The position numbers and the translations under genes were made by a program. Positions 20,145 through 29,839 of a DNA stretch of 64,000 nucleotides are shown here, in pieces. Origin of the DNA: Escherichia phage VEcB; the sequence record NC_052663.1. One strand, 5' to 3'. The notes under the pieces were generated by a model. That model saw nothing but the letters and a program-made list of their open reading frames with translations. It did no database searches and was not told where the DNA came from. Position 1 is the first letter of the stretch. Every line of letters begins with the position of its first letter.

Positions 20145-20708
20145 TTAAATAATTTTATTCATGTCTTGACAATGTAAAAGGTGTGAAACAGCTTTTCTAG
20201 GATCATCATTACCTAAACGGTATGTGTGAAATAAATATAACCCACGTAGTAAACCTAGCCTTTTATTGTTAGCGTGCAATGCTTTAGAGAAAATTATATC
20301 AAACTGTATTGATCTTTCCTCAAAAGGAATTTCATTCCACAGACTCTTACGAAAGAGAAGAAAGAATCCTGCTAAGATAGCATCTGTAGGTACTTCCTCT
20401 ATTGAGTTTCCCCATTCTAGATGTGCTCTTTTTGCAATCTCAATGTGGTGTAATATATTCGGATCTTCACTTCTTTCATTATTAAATAATTGATATGTTG
20501 ATCCCAATCTGTTACAAGATGCACCAAGAACATCAAAATCAGGATTTGAACGGACAATTGATTCCAGCCAAGCAGGTTGTTCTGGAAGAAGAAACATTGT
20601 ATCAATGTCTCTTAGGCAAATCCAACTATCTTCTGGTAAGACACTTATTGTGTCATTGATACCTTTTCCAATATCTCCAGAAAGATAGGGAGTTATGTGA
20701 AATATCAT
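20145..20708 (-). CDS. Hypothetical protein, possibly nucleotide-sugar transferase-like
   Basis: GGAGGGAG RBS; ICLRDIDTMF acidic motif; clustered with glycosyltransferase-like genes. Confidence 0.3.
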   Translation of the reverse strand: MIFHITPYLSGDIGKGINDTISVLPEDSWICLRDIDTMFLLPEQPAWLESIVRSNPDFDVLGASCNRLGSTYQLFNNERSEDPNILHHIEIAKRAHLEWGNSIEEVPTDAILAGFFLLFRKSLWNEIPFEERSIQFDIIFSKALHANNKRLGLLRGLYLFHTYRLGNDDPRKAVSHLLHCQDMNKII

Positions 20709-20765
20709 ACTCCCTCCGTATTATTACTTTAGCATTTTTAGACTAAAAAGTCCAAATGGTTTTAC

Positions 20766-20960
20766 CTATTGATTACGTTTTGCGAGTTCCATTTGGATAG
20801 CTAAACTGTGATCTCGTGCTTCCATATACTCTTTATATGTTTCATTAAGATGATCACGACAAACATCACGCAGTTTAATCAGCTTATCTGTAGGGATACC
20901 ACTAAGATCATCCCAAGATTTTACAACTTCACCAGTATCATTGATCCCAATGGTTTTCAT
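20766..20960 (-). CDS. Hypothetical small protein
   Basis: ORF track. Confidence 0.3.
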   Translation of the reverse strand: MKTIGINDTGEVVKSWDDLSGIPTDKLIKLRDVCRDHLNETYKEYMEARDHSLAIQMELAKRNQ

Positions 20961-21216
20961 CTACAACCTCCTTAATTGCTACAGCACAGTTTTTGCAGAT
21001 ACACTGCCCTTTACCTTTAGAAATCTGGATGTAAGGTTCATTTTCATTTTCGCCCTTACGTGAGTCATATATTACAGAATTGAAGCACACAACGCAAATA
21101 TTTTTTAAGATTGTATACTTATCAACTTTCTTTTTTGTTTTAAAGTTAACCTCAATAACATCAGCCATCAGTGTAACACTCCCAGTATGTTGTTTTGTGA
21201 CATAACCATAGAACAT
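20938..21216 (-). CDS. Hypothetical small Zn-ribbon protein (true start probably an internal Met)
   Basis: CVVC ... CICKNC cysteine pairs. Confidence 0.3.
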   Translation of the reverse strand: MFYGYVTKQHTGSVTLMADVIEVNFKTKKKVDKYTILKNICVVCFNSVIYDSRKGENENEPYIQISKGKGQCICKNCAVAIKEVVDENHWDQ

Positions 21217-21446
21217 TCAACATTATCGTGACTACGTGAAAAACGTTCCCAAACATCTTCATCGACTCGTAAAGCTATACAAGGATAGACGTTATCATTG
21301 ATCATTTCAATTGAATAAACATCCATATTGTCTTCGTCTTCGATGAACATCATTGCAAACTGTTCTAAATGTTTCCTAATGTAATGTACATCCTCTTCTG
21401 TAAGACCAATAACAAGATAACTTGCAACGATAACGCCATCTTTCAT
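21168..21446 (-). CDS. Hypothetical small acidic protein
   Basis: ORF track. Confidence 0.3.
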   Translation of the reverse strand: MKDGVIVASYLVIGLTEEDVHYIRKHLEQFAMMFIEDEDNMDVYSIEMINDNVYPCIALRVDEDVWERFSRSHDNVECSMVMSQNNILGVLH

Positions 21447-21456
21447 CTATATCTCC

Positions 21457-21966
21457 TTAGCGATAGAATTGATGTTCTTTGTAGCGGTACACTAGAACCA
21501 TATCTTTTTCCCAGTGTGCTCTTATTGTAGATTTTTTAAAGTATAATGCTCCTTTTGTAATATCTAATGCAATTCGTAATTCTGGAAAATGCGTATCGAG
21601 ATAAAGCAGACGTTCTGCTATAGCCTTAGCTTCCTTCCACTTATCACGTTCCATAACGTTGAATGTCTTTGTGTAAGAGAATTGTCCTTTTTGAAACAAA
21701 ACTTCTTTTATAGTATCAGGGAAATATGAATCTCTAGCCCTATTTAATACTACATTACCAACAGCAGACATACCGCGCTTTCCTTGATTACGACTTTCTG
21801 CATAGATTGCACAAGCTAATAGATTTTCTTTACTATCACGCTTTGTACACTTGTGAACTACTTTAGCAGTTTTTACGTTTGCAGCTTCGGCTTGCGCCAC
21901 GACAGGTGTAAATGTAAAAGCAGTTAAGGATAGTAACGCAATTGCGACAAAGGTTTTTATTGACAA
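21457..21966 (-). CDS. Secreted cell-wall hydrolase, SleB/CwlJ-like (candidate endolysin or lysis accessory)
   Basis: N-terminal signal peptide (AIALLSLTAFTFTPVVAQAEA); motif AIYAESRNQGKRGMSAVGNVVLNRARDSYFPDTIKEVLFQKGQFS resembles the Hydrolase_2 family. Confidence 0.5.
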   Translation of the reverse strand: MSIKTFVAIALLSLTAFTFTPVVAQAEAANVKTAKVVHKCTKRDSKENLLACAIYAESRNQGKRGMSAVGNVVLNRARDSYFPDTIKEVLFQKGQFSYTKTFNVMERDKWKEAKAIAERLLYLDTHFPELRIALDITKGALYFKKSTIRAHWEKDMVLVYRYKEHQFYR

Positions 21967-22058
21967 ACTTGCCTCCTATTTTGTTAAACGAACTTTTATT
22001 GTAACACAGAAGAGGCTGTTTTGCAAGTTGAGGGGGATTATCCCCCTCTTACACCCTG

Positions 22059-22661
22059 TTAGATGTTGTAGACCTTCGTATGAGTTACTACACCATCTTC
22101 TACAAAATCAATACGTTCTTGATCCGTAATTAGTGCAGACAATACTTTAAATTTAATTGTTACACGTTCAAAAGCTGGTTGACCATCTTTAAGATAATTA
22201 TGTTCAGTTGTTACTGTCTTGTTTACAAAATCAACTTTTGCTTTACCGTTTTCGCGCAAGTGGAATGTTTTTCCTGCTTTATACACAATTTCAACATTAC
22301 CTTCGAGAGTAATTCCTTCAAAAAGTTCACCCTCTTCTTCATTTTCTTCATTTTTGAACAGACGACGAAACTCTTCCATATCAAGATAAACAACATCTTC
22401 AGAATAACTATCAGTAAGGTATGTCTTACCATCCATTAACCCGAAATATTGCCAGATTGCCGAATAAACATCACTAGTTGATCCAAGGGTATCTCTGAGT
22501 TTAGTTCCACGGATTACTTCATAAACTTCAAAATTGAAACCAGACTGCAAAGCATTAAACAGTACATCACTAACTTCTAAAGCATAATCTTCATTGTTGT
22601 CAATATCCACAAGAAAATTACCGCTACGAATAAGTTTTTGACCTTCTAAAGTAATACCCAT
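22059..22661 (-). CDS. Hypothetical protein
   Basis: ORF track; RBS present; hairpin downstream. Confidence 0.4.
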   Translation of the reverse strand: MGITLEGQKLIRSGNFLVDIDNNEDYALEVSDVLFNALQSGFNFEVYEVIRGTKLRDTLGSTSDVYSAIWQYFGLMDGKTYLTDSYSEDVVYLDMEEFRRLFKNEENEEEGELFEGITLEGNVEIVYKAGKTFHLRENGKAKVDFVNKTVTTEHNYLKDGQPAFERVTIKFKVLSALITDQERIDFVEDGVVTHTKVYNI

Positions 22662-22679
22662 TGTTTTCTCCTCTTCTAT

Positions 22680-22706
22680 TTAAAATATGCGCCCCGAAGG
22701 GCGCTA
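22680..22706 (-). terminator. Terminator downstream of the TerD gene
   Basis: GCGCCC-GAAG-GGCGC hairpin followed on the minus strand by ATATTTTAAAT. Confidence 0.5.
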
Positions 22707-22713
22707 TGATTTA

Positions 22714-23310
22714 TTACTCGAACCAATCGTCGCCAGCGCCAAACGCTTTAACTACATCATAAATGTCAAGTCCAGCTTTACCTACACCATATGCTTTCAG
22801 TTTCCATTCGCTATCTTCCCGTACCAGGGAGGCAACGTGGCAAATGGTATTACCTGCAAGTTCTGGAGCCAAGAAGTCAAAATCCAGCAGTTCAACGTTA
22901 CGTTCATCATCGAAGATTTTAAGGAAACCTTCGGTAGCGTGACCAAGGCGTTTCTTACCCGTTTCGTCATCAATAGTGATTACGAATGCAATTTCCTGTG
23001 CTTCAGCAGAGATATTACCCAGTGTAACATCAATCTGCTCCATCTGTCCTACACCATCACGAACATCTTCACCTGCAAAAGTAGAACGTTCAGGATCAAA
23101 TTTCTGTGCGTAGCATACCAGGTGGCGAGGAGACAACAGTTCCGGCAGACCAGATGCATTGTGTCGGCAAATCAGAGCACTAACATCCAGATCCAGTTTT
23201 TCGTTAGATTTCCAAGAGAATTCCAGACGAATGCGTTTCAGTGCTGGTGCAATCTTTTTCAGAGAAACTTTTTCGCTAGAACCTTTTTTCAGGGAAATTT
23301 TCTGAGTCAT
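22714..23310 (-). CDS. TerD-family protein
   Basis: Colinear similarity to E. coli TerD: KISLKKGSSEKVSLKK (cf. VSLSKGGNVSLSK), DLDVSALIC (cf. DLDASAFLL), EIAFVITIDD (cf. KIIFVVTIHD), SEWKLKAYGVGKAGL (cf. GEWKFRAVGQGYAGG). Confidence 0.8.
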   Translation of the reverse strand: MTQKISLKKGSSEKVSLKKIAPALKRIRLEFSWKSNEKLDLDVSALICRHNASGLPELLSPRHLVCYAQKFDPERSTFAGEDVRDGVGQMEQIDVTLGNISAEAQEIAFVITIDDETGKKRLGHATEGFLKIFDDERNVELLDFDFLAPELAGNTICHVASLVREDSEWKLKAYGVGKAGLDIYDVVKAFGAGDDWFE

Positions 23311-23382
23311 AATTTATTATCTCCTTTGTTGTTAATTTACGTTATCTATTTTACTAATCTTTTCTACAAAGTCAAGCGTTTT

Positions 23383-24177
23383 TTACGCTTTTGCTCCGAA
23401 TTTTTTAACCCACTCGCCAAACTCTTCGGATAGCAGTTTATCGTAAAGTTCTTCGTCAGACAAGGACAAATCTGCAATACCGATAAAGTCAACGTTATCG
23501 TATTCTTTTGCCAAGTCTTTCAGGAATTTAAAGTTTGCATTACCTACACCAACCATAAACCAGTAAACAGGAGTGTTGCGGTGTTTGTTCAGCAAACTAC
23601 GTACTGCTGAAGTATCCATGTTCTCCCCGTCAGTTTGGAAGAAAATCATTGCAGGAGTACGATCAACTTGTGCATCAGTATCTACAACCTGTTCTACAAC
23701 AGTACGTGTAACTTCTACAAGTTCTTTTTTACCAGTCAGTTTAGCAAGGAAACCCTTAGCCGGAACTTCTTCATACTCAACGACTTCGCGTGTAATATTT
23801 TTCATAGGTACACTACCGAAGTATGTATCATAGATCTCTTGCATTACTGGAGCATAAGCTGTACCACCATTGATGCAAATGTTAGACATGCAAGAGCCGA
23901 CATAATCATCATATACATCAGCCGTTGCAGGAGGCAGTTCAAAAGAAGAACTATTGAAAGCCCACATGTCAATCTGTGCATTATCATCAAACTTCATACC
24001 AAACGGCAGCAGTTTACCTACAAAATCACTAACAGTGCCATCACGATATAGCTCACACATACTACCCGAAATATCTAAGGCGCTACCGACACGAAGAACA
24101 ACATCGTTAATCTTTTTCTTACGCAGAGATACAGTAAGAGTTTCTTGACGTTTTTTAAGACTGATTTTATTGGACAT
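23383..24177 (-). CDS. von Willebrand factor A domain protein (TerY/TerF-like) with short TerD-like N-terminal motif
   Basis: MIDAS motif DISGSM; N-terminus KISLKK...VSLRKK; adjacent to TerD. Confidence 0.6.
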   Translation of the reverse strand: MSNKISLKKRQETLTVSLRKKKINDVVLRVGSALDISGSMCELYRDGTVSDFVGKLLPFGMKFDDNAQIDMWAFNSSSFELPPATADVYDDYVGSCMSNICINGGTAYAPVMQEIYDTYFGSVPMKNITREVVEYEEVPAKGFLAKLTGKKELVEVTRTVVEQVVDTDAQVDRTPAMIFFQTDGENMDTSAVRSLLNKHRNTPVYWFMVGVGNANFKFLKDLAKEYDNVDFIGIADLSLSDEELYDKLLSEEFGEWVKKFGAKA

Positions 24178-24178
24178 A

Positions 24179-24448
24179 TTATTTCTCCTTTCTGACTGTA
24201 ATGTTAGTAACTTCTAAATCCACTTCTACCACTTCTGTATCATATAAAATACAGTTAAGTTGACCTCTTTGTGAACCGTTCAGACACATTGCTTGGTTTG
24301 TATTAACCTTAATAAACACTAAGTTTCTGAACGTATCTAAACCAGCATCTTGATAGGCAACATAATATACAAATGTATCACCTGCGTCAAGTTCTCCAAA
24401 ACATTTAGGTTCATCTGATTCGTCGTCTTTGATATTAAATTTAAGCAC
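24179..24448 (-). CDS. Hypothetical small protein
   Basis: ORF track. Confidence 0.3.
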   Translation of the reverse strand: MLKFNIKDDESDEPKCFGELDAGDTFVYYVAYQDAGLDTFRNLVFIKVNTNQAMCLNGSQRGQLNCILYDTEVVEVDLEVTNITVRKEK

Positions 24449-25004
24449 TATCTTCTCCTTTACCTACTTTCAAGCCTAAATAGAAAGCCTCTCTAGTGAT
24501 TTTTTGCAACTCGTTTAAAGAGATAGTTACAACTAAATCATCTTCAATTTCTAGCTTTGAGTCTTCTTCTGTCTCAATGCAAGTATTATGCACTTTGTGG
24601 TAAGGATTGTCAACACGTTTAAATTTATTATTTTCAGTGCTGAAGAAGCAATCTGGATCTTCCTCCCCATCACCCCAACCCTGGTTAGGATCTTCTTCAG
24701 ATCTTTCTGTTGGGATCTCGCCTGTAAAGTGCTCTTCTAATACCAGAGCAATCCCATCTCCAAGATCGGAAGAGAACATCAAATTACAAACTTCTTCCCA
24801 AGGCATAGACCACTTAAATCTTTTACGATTGCCATGTTTATCTTCTTCGTTAGAGAAAACACTACCATAACTATCATAATTCCCATACATCTCTTCGACA
24901 ACCTTACCACCTTTCAAAAGAAATAGGTAGCAAGGAGAGCCATCGAAAGAGGTAGAAAGAGCAGCATTACCAGACTCTTTGCACAAGAAACTAAAACACC
25001 CCAT
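24441..25004 (-). CDS. Hypothetical acidic protein
   Basis: ORF track. Confidence 0.35.
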   Translation of the reverse strand: MGCFSFLCKESGNAALSTSFDGSPCYLFLLKGGKVVEEMYGNYDSYGSVFSNEEDKHGNRKRFKWSMPWEEVCNLMFSSDLGDGIALVLEEHFTGEIPTERSEEDPNQGWGDGEEDPDCFFSTENNKFKRVDNPYHKVHNTCIETEEDSKLEIEDDLVVTISLNELQKITREAFYLGLKVGKGEDSA

Positions 25005-25204
25005 TATACACCAGCCTTAAGATCAATTAAAGCCAAAGTTGTTTCAGAGTGTGTTTGCTCGTCTACAGGTGCAGTCATATGATAATACAAAAAATCTTCA
25101 GCATCATACCAATCTGATTCTTGACCTTGTTTCCAACCATCAATGAAAGCATCTTCCATAATGGTTTGCAATTCTTCACGAGTTAAGTGAATATCTTTAC
25201 TCAT
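25004..25204 (-). CDS. Hypothetical small protein
   Basis: ORF track. Confidence 0.3.
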   Translation of the reverse strand: MSKDIHLTREELQTIMEDAFIDGWKQGQESDWYDAEDFLYYHMTAPVDEQTHSETTLALIDLKAGV

Positions 25205-25437
25205 TACACATTCTCCTCTTTTACCAATTCCATCGTTGAATTGTCAAAACCATCTTTAGAAGAATAGGTATAGACAGAACGTAGTTCTCGCAGGACAGTG
25301 AATACATTAGGATCATCTAACCAAGCATCCTGGAGGAGAACATAACGATCTTCATTGTCATACTGAACAGCAATCATAGAACCAGACAGTTTGTAAATTT
25401 TAATATTCATAATATATTTCTCCTTAAAGTAGACCAC
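25204..25437 (-). CDS. Hypothetical small protein
   Basis: ORF track. Confidence 0.3.
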   Translation of the reverse strand: MVYFKEKYIMNIKIYKLSGSMIAVQYDNEDRYVLLQDAWLDDPNVFTVLRELRSVYTYSSKDGFDNSTMELVKEENV

Positions 25438-26527
25438 GTTTAACAGTTTGAATCATACCATCTTCAAGAGATTGCACTTCTTGAATGTAATCAATACGAG
25501 CAGCACGGGCTTCAGTGTTGATTCGGTTAGTTTCTTCCAACATTTTAACTAAGTTTTCTTGATCGCGACGTAATGTTTCAATATCCAATACTTGACGATT
25601 AGCAAGTTTTGTAGCTTCAATTTGGTTTTGTGCAGCCAGATCACTACCCATTGCAATAGCAGCATTAAATTCATTCAGTACATTGTTCTGTGTATCGGCT
25701 GCTTTCTTCTGGCGTAAACTTTCAATATACATAGAAAAGTTTGCAGAGTAAGCAGGAATAACATTATTCACAATATTACGGGCTGATCGCATCAAACTTG
25801 CAGATACTTTCTGCATACTTTGTACACGTGGCCCCATCTGAACACACAGTAAACGCAAGGCTTTCAGGTCTGCAATACGAATTTCAAGCAGATCCATAGT
25901 ATCACGAGTACGTTGACGCTCTTCTACTTCATTTTCAGGTAGTGTATTAAGGCGAACTTCTTCTTTTTCATAAGTAGCTGTTAGAAGCTCTATATCCCTG
26001 TTTAAGCTAAGAGCATATTTTGCAATAGCCTCCTCTAAACGTTGCAGATATCGTAAAGAATCTTCTTCTTTTTTCAAATCTGTTTGGAGTGTCTTTACCA
26101 AACCTTCAATACGGTTATTGATGGTGTCAAATTCTCCAAACAAATCTTCTTTCATACCTAAAACTTTCTTAACTAGTTTACCTAAACCTTTAGATTGTTT
26201 AATAGAGTTAGGATCAAGTTGCTTTGCTTGCTTAATAAGTGCAGTTAAACGTTCACTCATTTCATCTCCCTGAGATGAACGCTGGTGTTTAAGCACTTCA
26301 GCATTAAGGTTACGAAGAGTAAGTCCTGCATCAGCACCAACCTGTTCAATCTCTTCACGAGACATTGGAGGCAGCATTTGTACAGGGCGTGCAACAGCAG
26401 GGGCATATACAGGGCTTGCATCCATAGCACTTGGAGCAAACAAAGACTTACTTTTTTCTGTTGTTGCCGTGAATACACTCATTTCAGACGGTTTGCTTTT
26501 TACGGCACTGATAAAAGGACTGGACAT
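25424..26527 (-). CDS. TelA-like (toxic anion resistance family) protein, tentative
   Basis: 367 aa, predominantly alpha-helical/coiled-coil; size and position within a TerC/TerD/vWA cluster fit TelA; not verified by profile. Confidence 0.4.
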   Translation of the reverse strand: MSSPFISAVKSKPSEMSVFTATTEKSKSLFAPSAMDASPVYAPAVARPVQMLPPMSREEIEQVGADAGLTLRNLNAEVLKHQRSSQGDEMSERLTALIKQAKQLDPNSIKQSKGLGKLVKKVLGMKEDLFGEFDTINNRIEGLVKTLQTDLKKEEDSLRYLQRLEEAIAKYALSLNRDIELLTATYEKEEVRLNTLPENEVEERQRTRDTMDLLEIRIADLKALRLLCVQMGPRVQSMQKVSASLMRSARNIVNNVIPAYSANFSMYIESLRQKKAADTQNNVLNEFNAAIAMGSDLAAQNQIEATKLANRQVLDIETLRRDQENLVKMLEETNRINTEARAARIDYIQEVQSLEDGMIQTVKRGLL

Positions 26528-26595
26528 TCAATTTCCTCCATATTCTTTAGTAAATGGTGATACCTCTGTACCACCATAATAACACAAGTTAAGTA

Positions 26596-27447
26596 TTAAA
26601 CAAACATATCTAAATAATTTGTAGTAATAAATGCTCCATCTGCTTCCAGATTAACATAACCCGTGGTATTAGCAGTTAAGAAATCTAGATCGAAGGACTC
26701 TTTAACACCCCGTACCTCAACACGAGAGATATCGAATACAGGTAGTGTAACAGCCTCTTCGTGCAATACCGTACCTTTGTAGGTTGCCTTAATGATAAAC
26801 TTGATATTACCTGTTCCAGCATCATATAAAACACTTTCAAACCCTTTGAGAGTATATTTATCACCAGAAGTGAAGTGCAAAGTTGCTTTGTTTACAGTAC
26901 GTTTCTTACGAGGAGTTCCTTTCACACGTTTATGATCACTACGTTTTTTGTATTTAGGAATGAATACAAACGATACACTCTCAAGAAAGGTATCAACATC
27001 AAGGATTTTAATATCCTCTGTTGCAGCAAATTTTGAAGTCGTTGCATCAAAATGCTTTTCCCTGCGATCATACATAAAGATATCAAACCGATCTTCTAAA
27101 TCAAACAAATTATGTATTTTAATTTCAGAATGCTTGCGCATTGCAGCAACCTTGAACTCTTCAAAACGTGGGTGTTCTACAAGTTCTTCAAGTTTTACAC
27201 CAAAGACAGTATATGGCTTCGAAGTCTTTTCTGGTGTTGGCATTACAGAAGCATAGTCCCCGATTGCGCTCTTAAAGCAAAATTGTTCTTGACCTGTATT
27301 TTTACCAACGAATTTACAGTATTCATCATCGTGCATACTTTCCTTGGTAGTACCAACAAACTCAAAACCATCTTTATTCTTCTCAAGGATTTCTTGATTA
27401 AAGATCCAACCTTCCAGGCGATATACTTTACCAACTTCTAGTTTCAT
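26596..27447 (-). CDS. Hypothetical protein within the Ter-like cluster
   Basis: ORF track; GAAGGAG RBS. Confidence 0.4.
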   Translation of the reverse strand: MKLEVGKVYRLEGWIFNQEILEKNKDGFEFVGTTKESMHDDEYCKFVGKNTGQEQFCFKSAIGDYASVMPTPEKTSKPYTVFGVKLEELVEHPRFEEFKVAAMRKHSEIKIHNLFDLEDRFDIFMYDRREKHFDATTSKFAATEDIKILDVDTFLESVSFVFIPKYKKRSDHKRVKGTPRKKRTVNKATLHFTSGDKYTLKGFESVLYDAGTGNIKFIIKATYKGTVLHEEAVTLPVFDISRVEVRGVKESFDLDFLTANTTGYVNLEADGAFITTNYLDMFV

Positions 27448-27482
27448 CTGTTTCTCCTTCTTATTTAATCTGTATTAAATTA

Positions 27483-28073
27483 TTAACGACGACGTGAGCT
27501 ACTAAAACTACGTTTCGACGAAGAATAACTTTTCGAAGACTTACTATAAGAACTAATAGGGCTTGAGTAAGACTTACGAGCAGAGTAATCACTATTCACT
27601 TTTGTTGTTGACGGGCGTGAATACGTTTGTACACTTTGCTGCTTAATTGTGTTTTGTTTAGTGGTTGTATATGTATTTCCTTGTTTATCATAAAAACTAT
27701 GCTTTTGTGTTGTATATGCTTTACTGTTAGTTGTAGGAGCAGCGTTGTTATTAATAATTGTTGTGCTGCTACCACCATCTCTATAACCGCCACCGCCACT
27801 ATTACCACTCAACATATGACCAAGAAGCATACCTGTAGCAAACTCACCTACACCAGAAGAACCACTGCCGCCTCCTTGCACAACAACTGTTGAAGGTTGT
27901 GCAGGTGCTGCTTGAACAACTTGAGGTGCAGGCTGATTTACATATTGTTCATCTACCATCTGATTTGGTGTTTGTTGGTAACGTTGATTTTGTACATTTT
28001 CAGAATCATCACAACCTACCAGCAATGCACTACCTAATACAACTGCAACAATAAAAGATTTAATGTTTTTCAT
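27483..28073 (-). CDS. Predicted lipoprotein with low-complexity Q/S/Y/G-rich body and basic Ser-rich tail
   Basis: Signal peptide plus lipobox (LLVGC); GGGSGSSG and SYSKSSKSYSSSKRSFSSSRRR tracts; start taken at internal Met MKNIKSF. Confidence 0.45.
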   Translation of the reverse strand: MKNIKSFIVAVVLGSALLVGCDDSENVQNQRYQQTPNQMVDEQYVNQPAPQVVQAAPAQPSTVVVQGGGSGSSGVGEFATGMLLGHMLSGNSGGGGYRDGGSSTTIINNNAAPTTNSKAYTTQKHSFYDKQGNTYTTTKQNTIKQQSVQTYSRPSTTKVNSDYSARKSYSSPISSYSKSSKSYSSSKRSFSSSRRR

Positions 28074-28269
28074 TTGTAACCCTCTCATTTAAAGTCTCAA
28101 CACAATTTTTAAAATCCCTAGAGAAACAATACATCTGTTCTCCGTTCCTGTTGATAGTAATTGTATGGTTATCAATATATGTTGTCAAGATAAAAATCAA
28201 ACAAAACAACCCTAGAGCAAAACAAATATTTTCAAACAGAATCCAAAGAACACGTAAAACCACCATCAG

Positions 28270-28300
28270 ATCACCTCAACAAAGCCCCCGAAGGGGCTTA
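28270..28300 (-). terminator. Terminator downstream of the TerC gene
   Basis: AGCCCC-CGAA-GGGGCT hairpin followed on the minus strand by TTTGTT. Confidence 0.5.
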
Positions 28301-28317
28301 ATGAATTAAGCAACAGT

Positions 28318-29283
28318 CTAGTCTTCTTTTTCAGGGAAGATTAAACTTGCAATAACACCCAGCCCAAGAGTACCTAACACAATATACATACTGATCGTCG
28401 GATCAATGTGTGCTGGCAGGAAACTCACTTTTGCGTGCAGAGTTTCTGCAAACGGGTGATACATCAGTTTTACACCCACAAATACCAGGACTACGATAAC
28501 TGCTTTCTCCAGATGAACCAAATACTTCAGTGCAACACTAAGAACAAAGAACAGAGCACGTAAACCTAAGATTGCACAGAGCATCGAAGAGAACACCAGC
28601 AGAGGTTCTTGTGTCACCGCAATTACCGCTGGAACAGAGTCTACTGCAAAGATTACGTCAACCATTTCCATTACAAACACACAAACCAGAGCCGGAGTTG
28701 CTACACGAACACCATTTTTGATTGTGAAGAACTTCTCACCATCCATCTGATCAGATACAGGGAACAGCTTACGAACAATGCGAGTAGCCCAGTGTTTAGA
28801 GTAATCAACTTCTGCATCATTATCCCCAGCGAATACCATTTTAGCCGCACAGAAAAGGATGACAGCACCGAAGAAGATATTAACATACCAGCCCAAACTC
28901 AACAAGTAAGTGCCTACTGCTACAAACACACCTCGGAAGACAATCGCACCTGCAATACCCCAAAGTAGAATTTTGTGCTGCAAGTGTGTGCTTTTAATAC
29001 CAAAACTTGCGAAGACTGCCACAAATACTACTAAGTTATCTACAGAAAGAGATTTCTCCAACACATACCCACTCAAGAACAAGCTCGCAAAATCAGCACC
29101 GTGTTGGAAGTATACAAAACCATAGTAGGCTAATGATACCCCAATCCAGAAAATTGACCAGCCAATTGCAGATTTAAATGAAATTTCTTTGTTTTCTCTG
29201 TGTCCAAAGAAGTCAATACAAATCGACAAGACTAAAATACCCACTAAAACAACCACATCAATAATTGGGAAACCCAGTTGCAT
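28318..29283 (-). CDS. TerC-family integral membrane protein
   Basis: Multiple TM helices; signature YVLEKSLSVDNLVVFV and second repeat DVIFAVDSVPAVIAV typical of TerC/Alx. Confidence 0.75.
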   Translation of the reverse strand: MQLGFPIIDVVVLVGILVLSICIDFFGHRENKEISFKSAIGWSIFWIGVSLAYYGFVYFQHGADFASLFLSGYVLEKSLSVDNLVVFVAVFASFGIKSTHLQHKILLWGIAGAIVFRGVFVAVGTYLLSLGWYVNIFFGAVILFCAAKMVFAGDNDAEVDYSKHWATRIVRKLFPVSDQMDGEKFFTIKNGVRVATPALVCVFVMEMVDVIFAVDSVPAVIAVTQEPLLVFSSMLCAILGLRALFFVLSVALKYLVHLEKAVIVVLVFVGVKLMYHPFAETLHAKVSFLPAHIDPTISMYIVLGTLGLGVIASLIFPEKED

Positions 29284-29360
29284 TCTTTTCTCCTCTTTAA
29301 TGCGGAGGACAATCCTCCGCTCTATGTCTTATACTATAAACTGTTTTTAAAGAAAGTCAA

Positions 29361-29609
29361 CTAGTTCAGTTCTGTAATTTTAAGTTTATCTTCTTTGTTA
29401 ATGATAGGGAAAGCTACAGCATCACCTACGTCATCAATAAAGCAAATAGCAAGACCACCTTCCACTTTGCTAATCTGACCATTAAAGGCGTGATACGGGG
29501 CAGGAACTTGATCTCCATCTTCAAGGAGAATAGCCTCGTAAACCTTGCCGATAGTACAATCACGAGTGTTTTTAAATTTTTCAAGCACTTCAACATTTAC
29601 TTTACGCAT
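29361..29609 (-). CDS. Hypothetical small protein
   Basis: ORF track. Confidence 0.3.
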   Translation of the reverse strand: MRKVNVEVLEKFKNTRDCTIGKVYEAILLEDGDQVPAPYHAFNGQISKVEGGLAICFIDDVGDAVAFPIINKEDKLKITELN

Positions 29610-29623
29610 ATAAAGATCCTCTC

Positions 29624-29830
29624 TTATTTGTTAGATTGAAAGATACCACGAAGTACCGCAAGAATGAACGTCACACAGACTACACTCCAAAACGTTACAG
29701 GAACATGATGCCAGTCTAAACCGATAATGTCAATCATATAGTTGTATGCTAAAAGCAGTAGCCAACTAGGGATTAACACAATCAAGAACACAACAATAAA
29801 ACAACCTAATACTGCTAAAACACCTGCCAT
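29624..29830 (-). CDS. Small membrane protein (two hydrophobic helices)
   Basis: ORF track; hydrophobic composition. Confidence 0.35.
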   Translation of the reverse strand: MAGVLAVLGCFIVVFLIVLIPSWLLLLAYNYMIDIIGLDWHHVPVTFWSVVCVTFILAVLRGIFQSNK

Positions 29831-29839
29831 ACTTTCTCC

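Noticed and set aside
22687-23433. 248-aa + strand ORF overlapping the TerD gene
   Set aside because: Antisense to a well-supported TerD coding sequence; low-complexity F/C/N-rich translation and no RBS.
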